From an uncultured Chloroflexia bacterium (GTDB lineage Bacteria; Chloroflexota; Limnocylindria; Limnocylindrales; CSP1-4), in the NCBI GenBank assembly GCA_963720755.1, contig CAVRGP010000011.1, positions 256,001 through 320,000 of the forward strand: a stretch of DNA of 64,000 nucleotides, given 5' to 3'. The notes under the pieces are model-generated. The model had not been told where the DNA came from, made no database searches, and saw nothing but the letters and a program-made list of their open reading frames with translations. This document shows positions 48,038-58,343 of this stretch, one piece after another (position 1 is the stretch's first letter; the number at the start of each line of letters is the position of its first letter). Both the position numbers and the translations under genes were made by a program.

Positions 48038-50122
48038 TCAGACCAATCGACGCTCGATCCGCTCCTGCCAGTCGCGGCGAAAGAACGGGTCGCCATCGAT
48101 GTCGACCTCCAGCTCGACGGACAGGTCGAATGCCCCGGCGTCGCTTGTCTGCCTCGAGTGCGCCCGGATCTCCGTCTGGAACGCGTGCTCCTGCCAGCGA
48201 TAGACGACGTCCGCCTCCAGGCTCGCGTGGGCCGGGTCTGCGTCGCTGGCGGTCATGGCCAGCGTCTCGGCGGCGTACAGCCGCCGGCCGTCCTCGAGCA
48301 CGTCCTCACCGCCGTCGTGGACGGACACCGTGACGGTCCCGGCCAGGACGTCCGTCGTGATCTGCCAGGCAGGCGGATCGGTCCGACCGTCGCCCCCGAC
48401 CTCGGGCAGCTCCGGCGGCGTCGACTTGAACAAGGGGACGGCCGCATCGCCCGCACCGCCGGCTGGCGGGATGACGGGCAGGATCAGGCGCGAAGGAGTG
48501 GCCGGGCCGTGATACAACGCGAAGTCGCAGGCCGAGGGCGACGGCCAGATCACCGGCCACGATGACGATGCCACGGAGAGCCGGATGCGATGCCCCGGGA
48601 GCCAGCGGTAGCCCGCCGGTCGGAGGGCGATCCGGATCGTCTCGATCCGATCCGGAAGCATCGGCCGGGGATCCTCATGGGACTCCCGATGGGTGAGGTT
48701 GAGCACGCCCGCCGTGACCTGGGCGGAGGTCCCATCGGGAGCGACGTCGGTCAGGCGGACCACCGCCGTGGCCACCGGGGCCGACGCGGCAAGATGCAGA
48801 ACGACAGCCGGTACGCCGAGGATCTCGACCGGATCGACCAGGGGCGCGGAGGTATAGGTCGGGCCGAGCGACTCGTCCGGACGGAGGTCTCGACCCAGGC
48901 CGTTGGGCTCGCCGCCGGCGCCCCAGGACAGCGCCGCCTGCGTCCCGACGGTGGCCCGATGCGGATACCGGTCAACGCCGTCCGGGCCGGCGGAAGGGGC
49001 CGTCCCGAGTGAGCCGACGAGGGGCCACGCGCCCACGCTGAGGTACCACTCGCGCTCGACGGTGGATGGATGCGGGTAGGCCGTCGCGGCCCGCCAGCGA
49101 CCGGGCAGCTCGACGGGGAACGGTTGCGGGTCCGCGTATTCGCGTTCGAACCAGGTCACGGCGGGCTCCGTCTCGGAACCGTTCGGGAGGCCCTTGAGCC
49201 AGTGATCGAAGAAGCGAACGACCTCATGGAGTTCGTCGACGTTCGGACCCGGGATCGCCGACGATGGCCAGCCATGGACCCAATTCCCGATGAGCGTGCG
49301 ACTCGGGGCGCGACACGCTGCCTGCATCCGCAGCGCGGCGTCGACGTACGAATCCATCCAGCCGCCGACATTGAGGATCGCCGCCTCGATGGCGTCGTAG
49401 TCGGGTGCCAGTGAGCCCTGTCGCCAGTACGGGCCATCGTGTTGCCGTCGAAGCCATTCGATCAGCCACGGTGGGGTCGCCTCGAGTCGAGCCAGCCACT
49501 CGTCCTTCCAGCCGGTTCCGCGGAAGGCCGGGTCGGGCGGCATCGCGTTCATCCCGACCTGGCTCACGGCGTACTGGGACAACTCGCTGGCGGTCACGCA
49601 GCCGCCGAGGTAGTGCACGTCGGTCAGGTACCGGTCATCGGTCCCCTGGACCGGCACGATGGCGCGAAGATGCGGGGGACGGAGCTTGGCGACCTGGATC
49701 GAGGTGAATGCGCCGTAGCTGATGCCCCACATCCCGACCGAGCCATCGCACCACGGCTGGGCGGCCAACCATTCGACCGCATCGTAGCCGTCGAGCGTCT
49801 CGGCCTCGGTGTACTCGTCGACGGCGATCCCTTCCGAGGAGCCGGTCCCACGCACGTCGACCCGACACAGGACGTAGCCGCGCCGTGCGAAGTAGGTCCC
49901 CCGGGCGATGTCGGTGTTGCGGCGCCAGTTGTCCTTGCCATACGGGATCATCTCGAGGATCGCCGGGAACCGGTCCGGTCCACCGTCGATCGCCCGCGGG
50001 CGCCAAAGGTTGGCCGACAGGTCGATCCCGTCACGTGACGGGATACGGGCGTCCCAGGTCGTGTCGACGTCGTGACTCGGCTGGCTGGCAGGTCGGCCCA
50101 GGGCAGCATCGATCAGGGACAT
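48038..50122 (-). CDS. CocE/NonD family serine hydrolase
   Basis: RDGIDLSA, PYGKD, DVRGTGSSEG, GMWGISYG, GWMDSY, GNWVH. Confidence 0.9.
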   Translation of the reverse strand: MSLIDAALGRPASQPSHDVDTTWDARIPSRDGIDLSANLWRPRAIDGGPDRFPAILEMIPYGKDNWRRNTDIARGTYFARRGYVLCRVDVRGTGSSEGIAVDEYTEAETLDGYDAVEWLAAQPWCDGSVGMWGISYGAFTSIQVAKLRPPHLRAIVPVQGTDDRYLTDVHYLGGCVTASELSQYAVSQVGMNAMPPDPAFRGTGWKDEWLARLEATPPWLIEWLRRQHDGPYWRQGSLAPDYDAIEAAILNVGGWMDSYVDAALRMQAACRAPSRTLIGNWVHGWPSSAIPGPNVDELHEVVRFFDHWLKGLPNGSETEPAVTWFEREYADPQPFPVELPGRWRAATAYPHPSTVEREWYLSVGAWPLVGSLGTAPSAGPDGVDRYPHRATVGTQAALSWGAGGEPNGLGRDLRPDESLGPTYTSAPLVDPVEILGVPAVVLHLAASAPVATAVVRLTDVAPDGTSAQVTAGVLNLTHRESHEDPRPMLPDRIETIRIALRPAGYRWLPGHRIRLSVASSSWPVIWPSPSACDFALYHGPATPSRLILPVIPPAGGAGDAAVPLFKSTPPELPEVGGDGRTDPPAWQITTDVLAGTVTVSVHDGGEDVLEDGRRLYAAETLAMTASDADPAHASLEADVVYRWQEHAFQTEIRAHSRQTSDAGAFDLSVELEVDIDGDPFFRRDWQERIERRLV

Positions 50123-50188
50123 CAACTGAGTCTACGGAACCGACGACCCGGGCGGGCGGGGAACGCCGCCACATGCGACGATGCCGGG

Positions 50189-50749
50189 ATGGCCGAGGAC
50201 CTCCCCACCCGAAGCGGTCCGTGGCTCCGCCGCGAACGACGGATCGCCTATGAGAATGACTGGGTCACGGTCTGGCACGACGAGGTCACCCGTCCGGACG
50301 GGGCGCCCGGCATCTATGGCGTCGTCCATTTCGCGAACCTCGCGGCCGGGGTGATCGTCATCGACGACGCGGATCGGGTCCTGCTCGTGGGCCAGCACCG
50401 CTATGCCCTCGACGCCTATTCGTGGGAGATCCCGGAAGGGGGCGTCCCTGAGGGTGAGAGCGCGCTCGATGGGGCCCGGCGAGAGTTGCGCGAGGAAACC
50501 GGCGTCGAAGCGAGGACCTGGCGCGAACTGGCCCGTGTCCATCTCTCGAACAGCGTCTCGGACGAACTCGCCGTCCTGTTCCTGGCGACGGAGCTGACCC
50601 ACGGTACCGCCGACCCGGACGGCACAGAAGACCTGGAGACCCGCTGGCTCCCGTTCGACGACGTCCTGGCGATGACCCTCGGCGGTACGATCTCGGATGC
50701 GATGACGGTCATCGCCGTCGAACGCCTCGCGCTCGAGCGGGTGGGGTAG
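50189..50749 (+). CDS. NUDIX hydrolase (ADP-ribose pyrophosphatase-like)
   Basis: Nudix box EIPEGG.PEGE...GARRELREETG. Confidence 0.9.
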   Translation: MAEDLPTRSGPWLRRERRIAYENDWVTVWHDEVTRPDGAPGIYGVVHFANLAAGVIVIDDADRVLLVGQHRYALDAYSWEIPEGGVPEGESALDGARRELREETGVEARTWRELARVHLSNSVSDELAVLFLATELTHGTADPDGTEDLETRWLPFDDVLAMTLGGTISDAMTVIAVERLALERVG

Positions 50750-50758
50750 GGTCGACCG

Positions 50759-51943
50759 ATGGACGGACGCCGACGAGACTGGGACGCCATCGTGGTTGGG
50801 TTGGGGGCGATCGGGTCGGCGTCCACGTACTGGTTGAGCCGGACGCTGGGCGACCGGGTGCTTGGCCTGGAGCGCTTCGAGCTGGGCCATGCCAACGGCG
50901 CATCGGAGGACCACAGCCGGATCATCCGCCTTTCCTACCATCGGCCCGACTACGTCCGCCTGGCCCGCAGAGCGTACGAGAGCTGGGCCGAGGTGGAGGC
51001 CGAGGCGGATGGCCAGATCGTGACCGTGACCGGCGGCCTCGACCTCTGGCCTGCCGACCCGGCGATCCCGATGGCCGACTACACGGACAGTCTCAGCGCC
51101 GAACGCGTCCCGTTCGAGCTGCTCGATGCAGCCGAGGTCCGCCGACGCTGGCCACAGTGGCGGATCGCCGACGACGTGACTGCGATGTGGCAGGCGCAGG
51201 GCGGGTTGGCCGATCCGTTCCGAGGCAATGCCGCACACCGTCGGCTGGCTGTGGCGCGCGGAGCGACCCTGCTGGATCGCACGCCGGTGACGGCCATCCG
51301 CGACACCGGAGGCGGCGATCTCGAGGTCGTGACCGAGTCGGACACCTACCGGACCGGGCGGGTCGTCCTCGCCGCCGACGCCTGGACCAACCAGCTCCTC
51401 GCGCCGTTCGACCGACGACTGCCGCTGACCGTCACCAAGGAGCAGGTGACGTACTTCGCCTGTCCGGATCCTGCTGCCTTCATGCCCGACCGCTTCCCGG
51501 TCTGGATCTGGATGGACGAGCCGTCGTTCTATGGGTTCCCGACCTACGGCGAGGCTGGTCCCAAGGCGGCCCAGGATTGCGGTGGCGAGCCGGTCGATCC
51601 CGAAACCCGGACGTTCGACCGCGATGATGCCGCCTTCTCGCGACTGGAGGCATTCCTTGGCGCCAACCTGCCAGGAGCCCTGGGCCCGCCGATCTACACG
51701 AAGACCTGCCTCTATACGCTGACTCCCGACCGGGATTTCGTGGTCGACCGATTGCCCGAGGCGCCCGGTGTCGTGGTCGGCCTGGGCGCCGGTCACGGCT
51801 TCAAGTTCGCCTCGGTCCTCGGCCGGATCCTCGCTGAACTGAGCGTTTCTGGCGCGACGCCTTCTGCCGCTGAACTGACCGGGTTTCGGATCGACCGGCC
51901 CATCCTGCTGGAGGCGGATCCGCCGACATCCTGGATGATCTGA
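50759..51943 (+). CDS. solA: N-methyl-L-tryptophan oxidase / monomeric sarcosine oxidase family
   Basis: VVGLGAIGS, GASEDHSRIIR, TCLYTLTPDRDF (covalent-FAD Cys), GHGFKFAS. Confidence 0.82.
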   Translation: MDGRRRDWDAIVVGLGAIGSASTYWLSRTLGDRVLGLERFELGHANGASEDHSRIIRLSYHRPDYVRLARRAYESWAEVEAEADGQIVTVTGGLDLWPADPAIPMADYTDSLSAERVPFELLDAAEVRRRWPQWRIADDVTAMWQAQGGLADPFRGNAAHRRLAVARGATLLDRTPVTAIRDTGGGDLEVVTESDTYRTGRVVLAADAWTNQLLAPFDRRLPLTVTKEQVTYFACPDPAAFMPDRFPVWIWMDEPSFYGFPTYGEAGPKAAQDCGGEPVDPETRTFDRDDAAFSRLEAFLGANLPGALGPPIYTKTCLYTLTPDRDFVVDRLPEAPGVVVGLGAGHGFKFASVLGRILAELSVSGATPSAAELTGFRIDRPILLEADPPTSWMI

Positions 51944-52060
51944 CGCCCCGGGCGCGGCGACCGGATCGGCGCATCCAGCGGGACGATTTGCGTAGACGGC
52001 GAGGCTGTGCCACCGTACGACACGCTGGGCGCGGAGGGCCCGCTAGGAGGAGACCACACG

Positions 52061-53995
52061 ATGCGACCATTCCTTCGCGCCCGCGGGGCTCGGGCACTCG
52101 CCGCTGCAGGCCTCGCCGTCGTCCTGGTGGCGCCGACCGCCGTGCCGGCCGCCGCGGCCGACCCCGTCATCCTTCGAGTCGGCACGACCCAGGATCTCGA
52201 TTCGCTCAATCCATATGCGACCCTGCTCGTGGTCGGCTACGAGGCCTTCCAGCTGAGCTACAACCTGCTGGTCGATTTCGGACCGAACCTGGAGCCCGTG
52301 CCCGGCTTCGCCGATTCGTGGGAACGCGCCGCCGACGGCAAATCCTGGACGTTCCACATTCGCGACGGCATGAAGTGGTCAGACGGCGAGCCCGCGACCT
52401 CGGCTGACGCGTGCTTCTCCTGGCAGCTCGCCCTCGACGCGATCAAGGACGGCGGCGTCGGCAGCCTGGGGGCCGGCTACCTCGACCCGGGTCTCGATGA
52501 CGCCAAGGTGACGAAGGTCGAATGCCCGGACGCCTCGACGATGATCGCCTACACCACCGACGCGTCGGATCGGATCCTCCAGACCTACCTTCCGATCATC
52601 CCGCAGCACATCTGGAAGGACGAGACGAGCGCGACGATCGGCGACGCGAAGTTCGATGCACCCCTCATCGGGACCGGCCCGTACCAGGCCGTCGAATGGC
52701 AGACCGGTCAGTTCGTCCGATTCGAGCGCAATCCGAATTACTGGGGCACCCAGGCCTATCCCGACCAGGTCGTGATCCAGGTCTTCAAGTCCAGCGACAC
52801 GATGATCCAGGCCCTCAAGGCCGGTGAGATCGACTACGCCCACGGAGCCAACGCCGACCAGTTCAACCAGTTGAAGTCGGAACCGAACATCGAGACCGTG
52901 GTCGGGGCCTCCAACGGCTGGACCCAACTCGCGTTCAACACGTACGGCACCGGGACGGGCAAGAAGATCAAGGGCGGTGGTCCGTCGACCCAGGCTTTGC
53001 TCGATCCGGCATTCCGAGGCGCCCTCATGGAGGGCGTCGACCACCAGACCCTCGTCGACAAGGTCCTCGGCGGGTACGGCGATGTCGGAACGACGATCGT
53101 CCCGCCGGTCCTGACCCAGTGGCATGTCGAGCCGACGAAGCTCCGTCCGTACGATCCGGAGGCCGCGAAGCAGATGCTCGATACCGCGGGCTACAAGCTC
53201 GACGCGAACGGCAACCGACTCGACAAGCAGGGCAAGCCGATCACGCTCCGGATGTACATGCCCAGCACGGACGAGAACTACGCCAAGGCCGCCCAGTTCG
53301 TGGTTGCCTGGTACAAGGATCTGGGCATCAAGACGACGACCCAGACCCTCGACTCGGCGACGCTCGGCGAGAAGATCCTCCCGCCGGAAGCCGGCGACGG
53401 GTACACCGCCGACTATGACATCGAGCTGTGGGGCTGGGCCGGCAACGTCGACCCCAATGCGCTCCTCCAGATCTTCACCTGTGACGCGATCGGCAGCTCA
53501 TCGGACAGCCAGTACTGCAACCCCGACTACGACAAGATGTATGCGGACCAGCTCGACGCCCAGACGTCCGACGCGCGCCACGCGATCCTGGCCGACATGC
53601 AGAACCTGATCTACGACGAGGCGCCGTACGACATCCTTTACTACGACTCGAACCTCGACGCCTATCGGACCGACCGCTTCGCGGGCTGGCAGAAGCAGCC
53701 GGTCACGAACGGGACGCCGATGTTCACGTACAGCACCCTCGACTACACCCGGCTGACCGACATCGCCCTCGCGGCGACCCCGGCTCCGACCGCAGCGTCG
53801 TCCGAGGCCGCCGCCGCTTCGGCAACGGCCGCACCGGCCGCGTCGGGCGATGGCACGACGGGCGGCTCGTCCACCTCGGACAACACCCCGTTGCTGATCG
53901 GGGTCGTCCTCCTCGTCATCGCGGCTGGCGTGGTCGCCTACGGGATGAGCCGACGGCGGAAGGCAACGGCGACCGGGGACGACGACGACGAGTAG
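52061..53995 (+). CDS. peptide/nickel ABC transporter substrate-binding protein (family 5) with C-terminal TM anchor
   Basis: signal peptide, DSLNP, WTFHIRDGMKWSDGEP.TS.D, IGTGPY, RNPNYWG; C-terminal hydrophobic helix followed by RRRK. Confidence 0.9.
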   Translation: MRPFLRARGARALAAAGLAVVLVAPTAVPAAAADPVILRVGTTQDLDSLNPYATLLVVGYEAFQLSYNLLVDFGPNLEPVPGFADSWERAADGKSWTFHIRDGMKWSDGEPATSADACFSWQLALDAIKDGGVGSLGAGYLDPGLDDAKVTKVECPDASTMIAYTTDASDRILQTYLPIIPQHIWKDETSATIGDAKFDAPLIGTGPYQAVEWQTGQFVRFERNPNYWGTQAYPDQVVIQVFKSSDTMIQALKAGEIDYAHGANADQFNQLKSEPNIETVVGASNGWTQLAFNTYGTGTGKKIKGGGPSTQALLDPAFRGALMEGVDHQTLVDKVLGGYGDVGTTIVPPVLTQWHVEPTKLRPYDPEAAKQMLDTAGYKLDANGNRLDKQGKPITLRMYMPSTDENYAKAAQFVVAWYKDLGIKTTTQTLDSATLGEKILPPEAGDGYTADYDIELWGWAGNVDPNALLQIFTCDAIGSSSDSQYCNPDYDKMYADQLDAQTSDARHAILADMQNLIYDEAPYDILYYDSNLDAYRTDRFAGWQKQPVTNGTPMFTYSTLDYTRLTDIALAATPAPTAASSEAAAASATAAPAASGDGTTGGSSTSDNTPLLIGVVLLVIAAGVVAYGMSRRRKATATGDDDDE

Positions 53996-54014
53996 GTCCT
54001 GAGCCGAGGCTGCC

Positions 54015-54989
54015 ATGAGCGGCCGGTATGTCCTGAGGAAGACGGGGCAGGCGATCCTGACGATCTTCGCGATCGTCCTGCTCAACTTCCTCCTGTTCCG
54101 GATGATGCCGGGATCGCCCGAGCGCGTCCTGCTTCGGAATCCCTATCTGACCCAGGCCAAGATCGAGCAGGTCCGGAAGGAGTGGGGCCTGGACAAGCCG
54201 CTCATCCCGGACCAGTTCATCGGCTACATCAAGGCCACCGCAACCGGAGACCTCGGCTACTCGCTCAAGTTCCGTGGCCAATCGGTCGTCGAGGTCATCT
54301 CGGGCCGGTTCTGGCCGACCGTCATCCTGATCGGGCTTGCCGAGATCATCGCGATCATCGTCGGGCTGGCGGCGGGGTCGTACTCGGGATGGCGGCGCGG
54401 CAGCGGTGCTGACCGGGCCGCCAGCGGGACCAGCCTGATCCTGTACTCGATGCCGTACTTCGTGATCGGCATGCCGATGATCATCATCTTCGCCGCGACC
54501 CTTGGTTGGTTCCCGACATCCGGGATGCAGACCCCGGGGGCGAGTACCCAATCGTTCCTCTACCAGCTGACCGACTTCCTGCGTCACCTCGTGCTGCCCC
54601 TCGCCACGATCTCCCTCGGGTTGATCGGTGGCTACAGCATCATCATGCGGTCGGCGATCATCGAGACCCGTTCCGAGGACTACGTCACCACGGCGCGGGC
54701 GAAGGGCCTCAAGGACAGCCGGGTCCTCCGCCAGCACGCTTTTCCGAACGCGATGCTCCCGATGGTCACCATCATCGCAATCAATCTCGGGTATGTCGTC
54801 GCGGGCGCGATCACGGCCGAAGTCGTGTTCAACTGGCCTGGTCTCGGCACGCTGACCGTGGACGCGCTCGATGCCAGGGACTATCCGGTCCTGCAGGGCA
54901 TCTTCCTGCTCCTGTCGGTCACGGTCGTGGTGGCGAATCTCGGCGCGGACCTCCTGTACGGCCGGCTCGATCCGCGGGTACGTTCGTGA
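54015..54989 (+). CDS. peptide ABC transporter permease (OppB/DppB-like)
   Basis: GDLGYS, HLVLP, EDYVTTARAKGL, RDYPVLQG, LDPRVR. Confidence 0.92.
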   Translation: MSGRYVLRKTGQAILTIFAIVLLNFLLFRMMPGSPERVLLRNPYLTQAKIEQVRKEWGLDKPLIPDQFIGYIKATATGDLGYSLKFRGQSVVEVISGRFWPTVILIGLAEIIAIIVGLAAGSYSGWRRGSGADRAASGTSLILYSMPYFVIGMPMIIIFAATLGWFPTSGMQTPGASTQSFLYQLTDFLRHLVLPLATISLGLIGGYSIIMRSAIIETRSEDYVTTARAKGLKDSRVLRQHAFPNAMLPMVTIIAINLGYVVAGAITAEVVFNWPGLGTLTVDALDARDYPVLQGIFLLLSVTVVVANLGADLLYGRLDPRVRS

Positions 54990-55945
54990 CTGGCTCGGTC
55001 AAAACCGTTCCCAACGCGACGAGTCTTCGCGCCGAGCGATGGCGCCTGCGGGCCAAGGGCGCCAGGGAGTTCGTCGGCCGGTTCCGGCGCCGGAGCGATG
55101 GGGTGATCGGCCTGATCATCCTGACCATCTTCGTGTTGATGGCGGTCCTTCCCGAGTTGTTCGTCGGCCCGAAGGAGACGGTCATCACCGCCACCGGCGC
55201 GGCCCTTGAGCCGCCTTCTGCCGCCCATTTCTTCGGCACCGACGAACTCGGTCGCGACATCCTCAACCTGACCGTCCATGGCGCCCGGATCTCGATGTCG
55301 ATCGGCCTGATGGCGACGATCATCACGATCTTCTTCGGCGCCGTCATCGGGATCATGGCCGGGTTCCTCGGGTCCTGGACGGATAGTGCCCTGATGCGGG
55401 TGACCGACTTCTTCCTGGTCCTGCCGACGTTCGTGCTGGCCATCATCCTGGCGCCGGTCATCCTCGACATCATCGGGCCGGAAGCCGAGTTCATGGGCAT
55501 GCGGGCGACCCTGCTCGTGATCGTCGTGGTCGTGGGCATCACGTCGTGGGCGACGACGGCCCGGATCATCCGGTCCCAGACGTTATCGATCCGCGAGCGG
55601 ATGTTCGTGGATCGCGCCAGGGTCATCGGCAGTGGGTCCGGCCACATCATGCGCCGTCACATCTTCCCGAACGTCGTCAATCTCATCGTCGCTCAGGCAG
55701 TCATCACATTTGCCGCGGCAGTGTTCATCGAGACCAGCCTGGCGTTCATCGGACTGGGCGATCCGTTCGCACCGTCGTGGGGCCAGATCCTCGATTCGGC
55801 CCAGGCCGCCGGTGCTCCAGGGCTTGGGGCCTGGTGGTACATCGCCCCGCCGGCGACGTGCGTCGTCCTCGTCGTCCTGTCGTTCACGCTCGTCGGCAAC
55901 GCGCTCGACGATATCCTCAACCCGAAGACCCAGGTCCGACGATGA
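54986..55945 (+). CDS. peptide ABC transporter permease (OppC/DppC-like)
   Basis: HFFGTDELGRD, GARIS, RHIFPN, LAFIGLG..PSWG. Confidence 0.92.
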   Translation: MTGSVKTVPNATSLRAERWRLRAKGAREFVGRFRRRSDGVIGLIILTIFVLMAVLPELFVGPKETVITATGAALEPPSAAHFFGTDELGRDILNLTVHGARISMSIGLMATIITIFFGAVIGIMAGFLGSWTDSALMRVTDFFLVLPTFVLAIILAPVILDIIGPEAEFMGMRATLLVIVVVVGITSWATTARIIRSQTLSIRERMFVDRARVIGSGSGHIMRRHIFPNVVNLIVAQAVITFAAAVFIETSLAFIGLGDPFAPSWGQILDSAQAAGAPGLGAWWYIAPPATCVVLVVLSFTLVGNALDDILNPKTQVRR

Positions 55946-57240
55946 CCGACCCTCGCGAGGAGCTGCGCCTCGCCCGTGACCTCGAGCGTCGCGATCGGTT
56001 CACTGATGACGCCGACGAGGACGGGACCGGGGAGCCGGGGGACGCCGTCACGGAGGGGCGTTCGGCGAGGGTGGACCGCCCGACCCCCGAGGAGATCGCG
56101 ACGATCCGCGGCCGACGCCAGTGGCCGCTGCCGAAGCAGGCGGACGCGGATGCGGCCCTCCTGACGGTCAAGGACCTGCGGACCCACTTCAAGCTCGAGT
56201 CGGGCTGGGTCAAGGCGGTCGATGGCGTGAGCTTCCGACTCGATGACGGCGAGGCGATGGGGCTGGCAGGGGAGTCTGGCTGCGGCAAGACGACCACGGC
56301 CCTGTCGCTCGTTCGGATCCTGCCCGACAACGCCCGGATCCGGAAGGGCAGCAGCATCGAGCTGTTCGGGATCGATCTGGTGCCCAAGACCGAGAACCAG
56401 CTTCGCCGCTACCGATGGCGCGAGATCAGTATCGTCTTCCAGGGGGCGATGAACGCACTCAATCCCGTCCGCCGGGTCGGCGAGCAGATCGCCGAGCCGA
56501 TCGAGATCCGACTCGGGGTGACCCAGGATCGGGCGGCTCGACAAGCCGAAGAGCTGCTCGACATGGTCGGGATACCGCGCAAGCGGGCGACCGCCTACCC
56601 GCATGAATTGTCGGGCGGGATGCGTCAGCGGGCGATGATCGCGATGGCACTCTCGTGCGACCCGGCGGTCGTCATCGGCGACGAACCGACGACCGCGCTC
56701 GACGTGATGGTCCAGGCGCAGATACTGCAATTGCTCGAACAGCTTCGACGCGACCTCGGTCTGTCGCTCATCCTCATCACCCACGACCTGTCGGTGATCG
56801 CGGAGACATGCGACCGGACGATGATCATGTATGCCGGCCGGATCGCGGAGGAGGGGCCGGTCAGCCGGGTGTTCACCGCTCCCCGGCATCCATATACGCA
56901 GCGCCTCCTTGGTGCGTTCCCGAGCATCCACGCGGACCGGCGCACGCTCGAGACGATCCCCGGGTCGCTGCCCGACCTTCGCGACCCGCCGACCGGCTGT
57001 CGATTCCACCCTCGATGTACCGCGGCCATGGACGTCTGCCGGGAGGTCGTCCCGCCCGAGGTCCTGTTCCCGGATGGGGTCCGGGTCGCCTGCCATCTCC
57101 ACCCGGCTGGGGCGGATGGTGGCGTCCTGATCAGTGCCGACGACGTCGTCGCGCGGCGGATGCCGGAGATCGACCGCTTCGCGCCGGATCACGCCTCGGC
57201 GCCGACCGCCGCCTCGGCCGGCGCAGGAGCCGACGCGTGA
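55942..57240 (+). CDS. peptide ABC transporter ATP-binding protein (OppD-like)
   Basis: GESGCGKTT, LSGGMRQR, DEPTTALD, HPYT, GCRFHPRC. Confidence 0.92.
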   Translation: MTDPREELRLARDLERRDRFTDDADEDGTGEPGDAVTEGRSARVDRPTPEEIATIRGRRQWPLPKQADADAALLTVKDLRTHFKLESGWVKAVDGVSFRLDDGEAMGLAGESGCGKTTTALSLVRILPDNARIRKGSSIELFGIDLVPKTENQLRRYRWREISIVFQGAMNALNPVRRVGEQIAEPIEIRLGVTQDRAARQAEELLDMVGIPRKRATAYPHELSGGMRQRAMIAMALSCDPAVVIGDEPTTALDVMVQAQILQLLEQLRRDLGLSLILITHDLSVIAETCDRTMIMYAGRIAEEGPVSRVFTAPRHPYTQRLLGAFPSIHADRRTLETIPGSLPDLRDPPTGCRFHPRCTAAMDVCREVVPPEVLFPDGVRVACHLHPAGADGGVLISADDVVARRMPEIDRFAPDHASAPTAASAGAGADA

Positions 57241-58313
57241 CCGAACTCATCCGGATCGACGGTCTCGAGGTCCACTTCCCGATCCGCGGCAGCCTGACCG
57301 ATACCCTCAGGGGTCGATCGCGTGGGGTCGTCCGCGCCGTCGATGGCGTCGACCTCGGGATCGAGCCCGGCGAAGTCCTGGGGCTCGTCGGCGAGTCCGG
57401 CTCGGGCAAGACGACGATCGGACGGGTCATCGTCAAACTGACCCGCCAGACAGCGGGCCGGATCACGTTCGACGGCCAGGACGTCTCGTCGCTCTGGGGT
57501 CCGAAGCAGCTGCGCGATTATCGCCGTCGGGTGCAGTTGATCTTCCAGGACCCGTACGAGACGCTCAACCCGCGCCAGACCATCCACGACTTCGTGGTCG
57601 AGCCGCTCGAAGTCAACGGCATGGAGCCGCGCCTCGCGGACCGCGAGAAGCGCGTGCTCGCAGCGCTCAATTCGGCGGGCCTGCCCGCCGACTTCGCGTT
57701 CCGCTACCCCCACGAGCTGTCCGGCGGCCAGCGCCAGCGGGTCGTCATCGCCGGAGCGCTCGTCATGGGTCCGCAGCTGGTGGTCGCCGACGAACCGGTG
57801 TCCATGCTCGATGTGTCGATCCGGACGGAGCTGTTGCGGCTGATGCTCGATCTGCGTCAGGAACGTGGGTTGACCTATCTGTTCATCACCCACGACCTGG
57901 CGCTTGCCTGGGTCATCGCCGATCGGATCGCGGTCATGTACCTCGGCAAGATCATGGAAGTCGGCCCGGCCCAGACGATCATCCGGACCCCGCGCAACCC
58001 GTATACCCAGGCTCTGGTGTCGGTCTCGCCATCCCCGGACCCGCCCGATGCCGGGACGCGCGCCAGGCGGACGATCCTCAAGGGCGAGACGCCCGACGCC
58101 GCCCACATCCCGACAGGCTGCCGGTTCCATCCCCGCTGCCCGGTCGCGTTCGACCGCTGCCGGGTGGAGGAACCGCCACTCTTCGAGCTCGGTGGAGGAC
58201 AGTCGGCGGCGTGCTGGCTGGTCGAGAAGGACCAGCTACCGATGCTCGCCGGAACGGCCGCGCCCCGTCAGGCTGACTCGGCCGTCGGCTCCGCCTCCGA
58301 GCCGTCGACCTGA
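57237..58313 (+). CDS. peptide ABC transporter ATP-binding protein (OppF-like)
   Basis: GESGSGKTT, LSGGQRQR, DEPVSMLD, GCRFHPRC. Confidence 0.92.
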   Translation: MTELIRIDGLEVHFPIRGSLTDTLRGRSRGVVRAVDGVDLGIEPGEVLGLVGESGSGKTTIGRVIVKLTRQTAGRITFDGQDVSSLWGPKQLRDYRRRVQLIFQDPYETLNPRQTIHDFVVEPLEVNGMEPRLADREKRVLAALNSAGLPADFAFRYPHELSGGQRQRVVIAGALVMGPQLVVADEPVSMLDVSIRTELLRLMLDLRQERGLTYLFITHDLALAWVIADRIAVMYLGKIMEVGPAQTIIRTPRNPYTQALVSVSPSPDPPDAGTRARRTILKGETPDAAHIPTGCRFHPRCPVAFDRCRVEEPPLFELGGGQSAACWLVEKDQLPMLAGTAAPRQADSAVGSASEPST

Positions 58314-58343
58314 TCCGACGGCTCGGGGCCCTGTACCTCTGGT

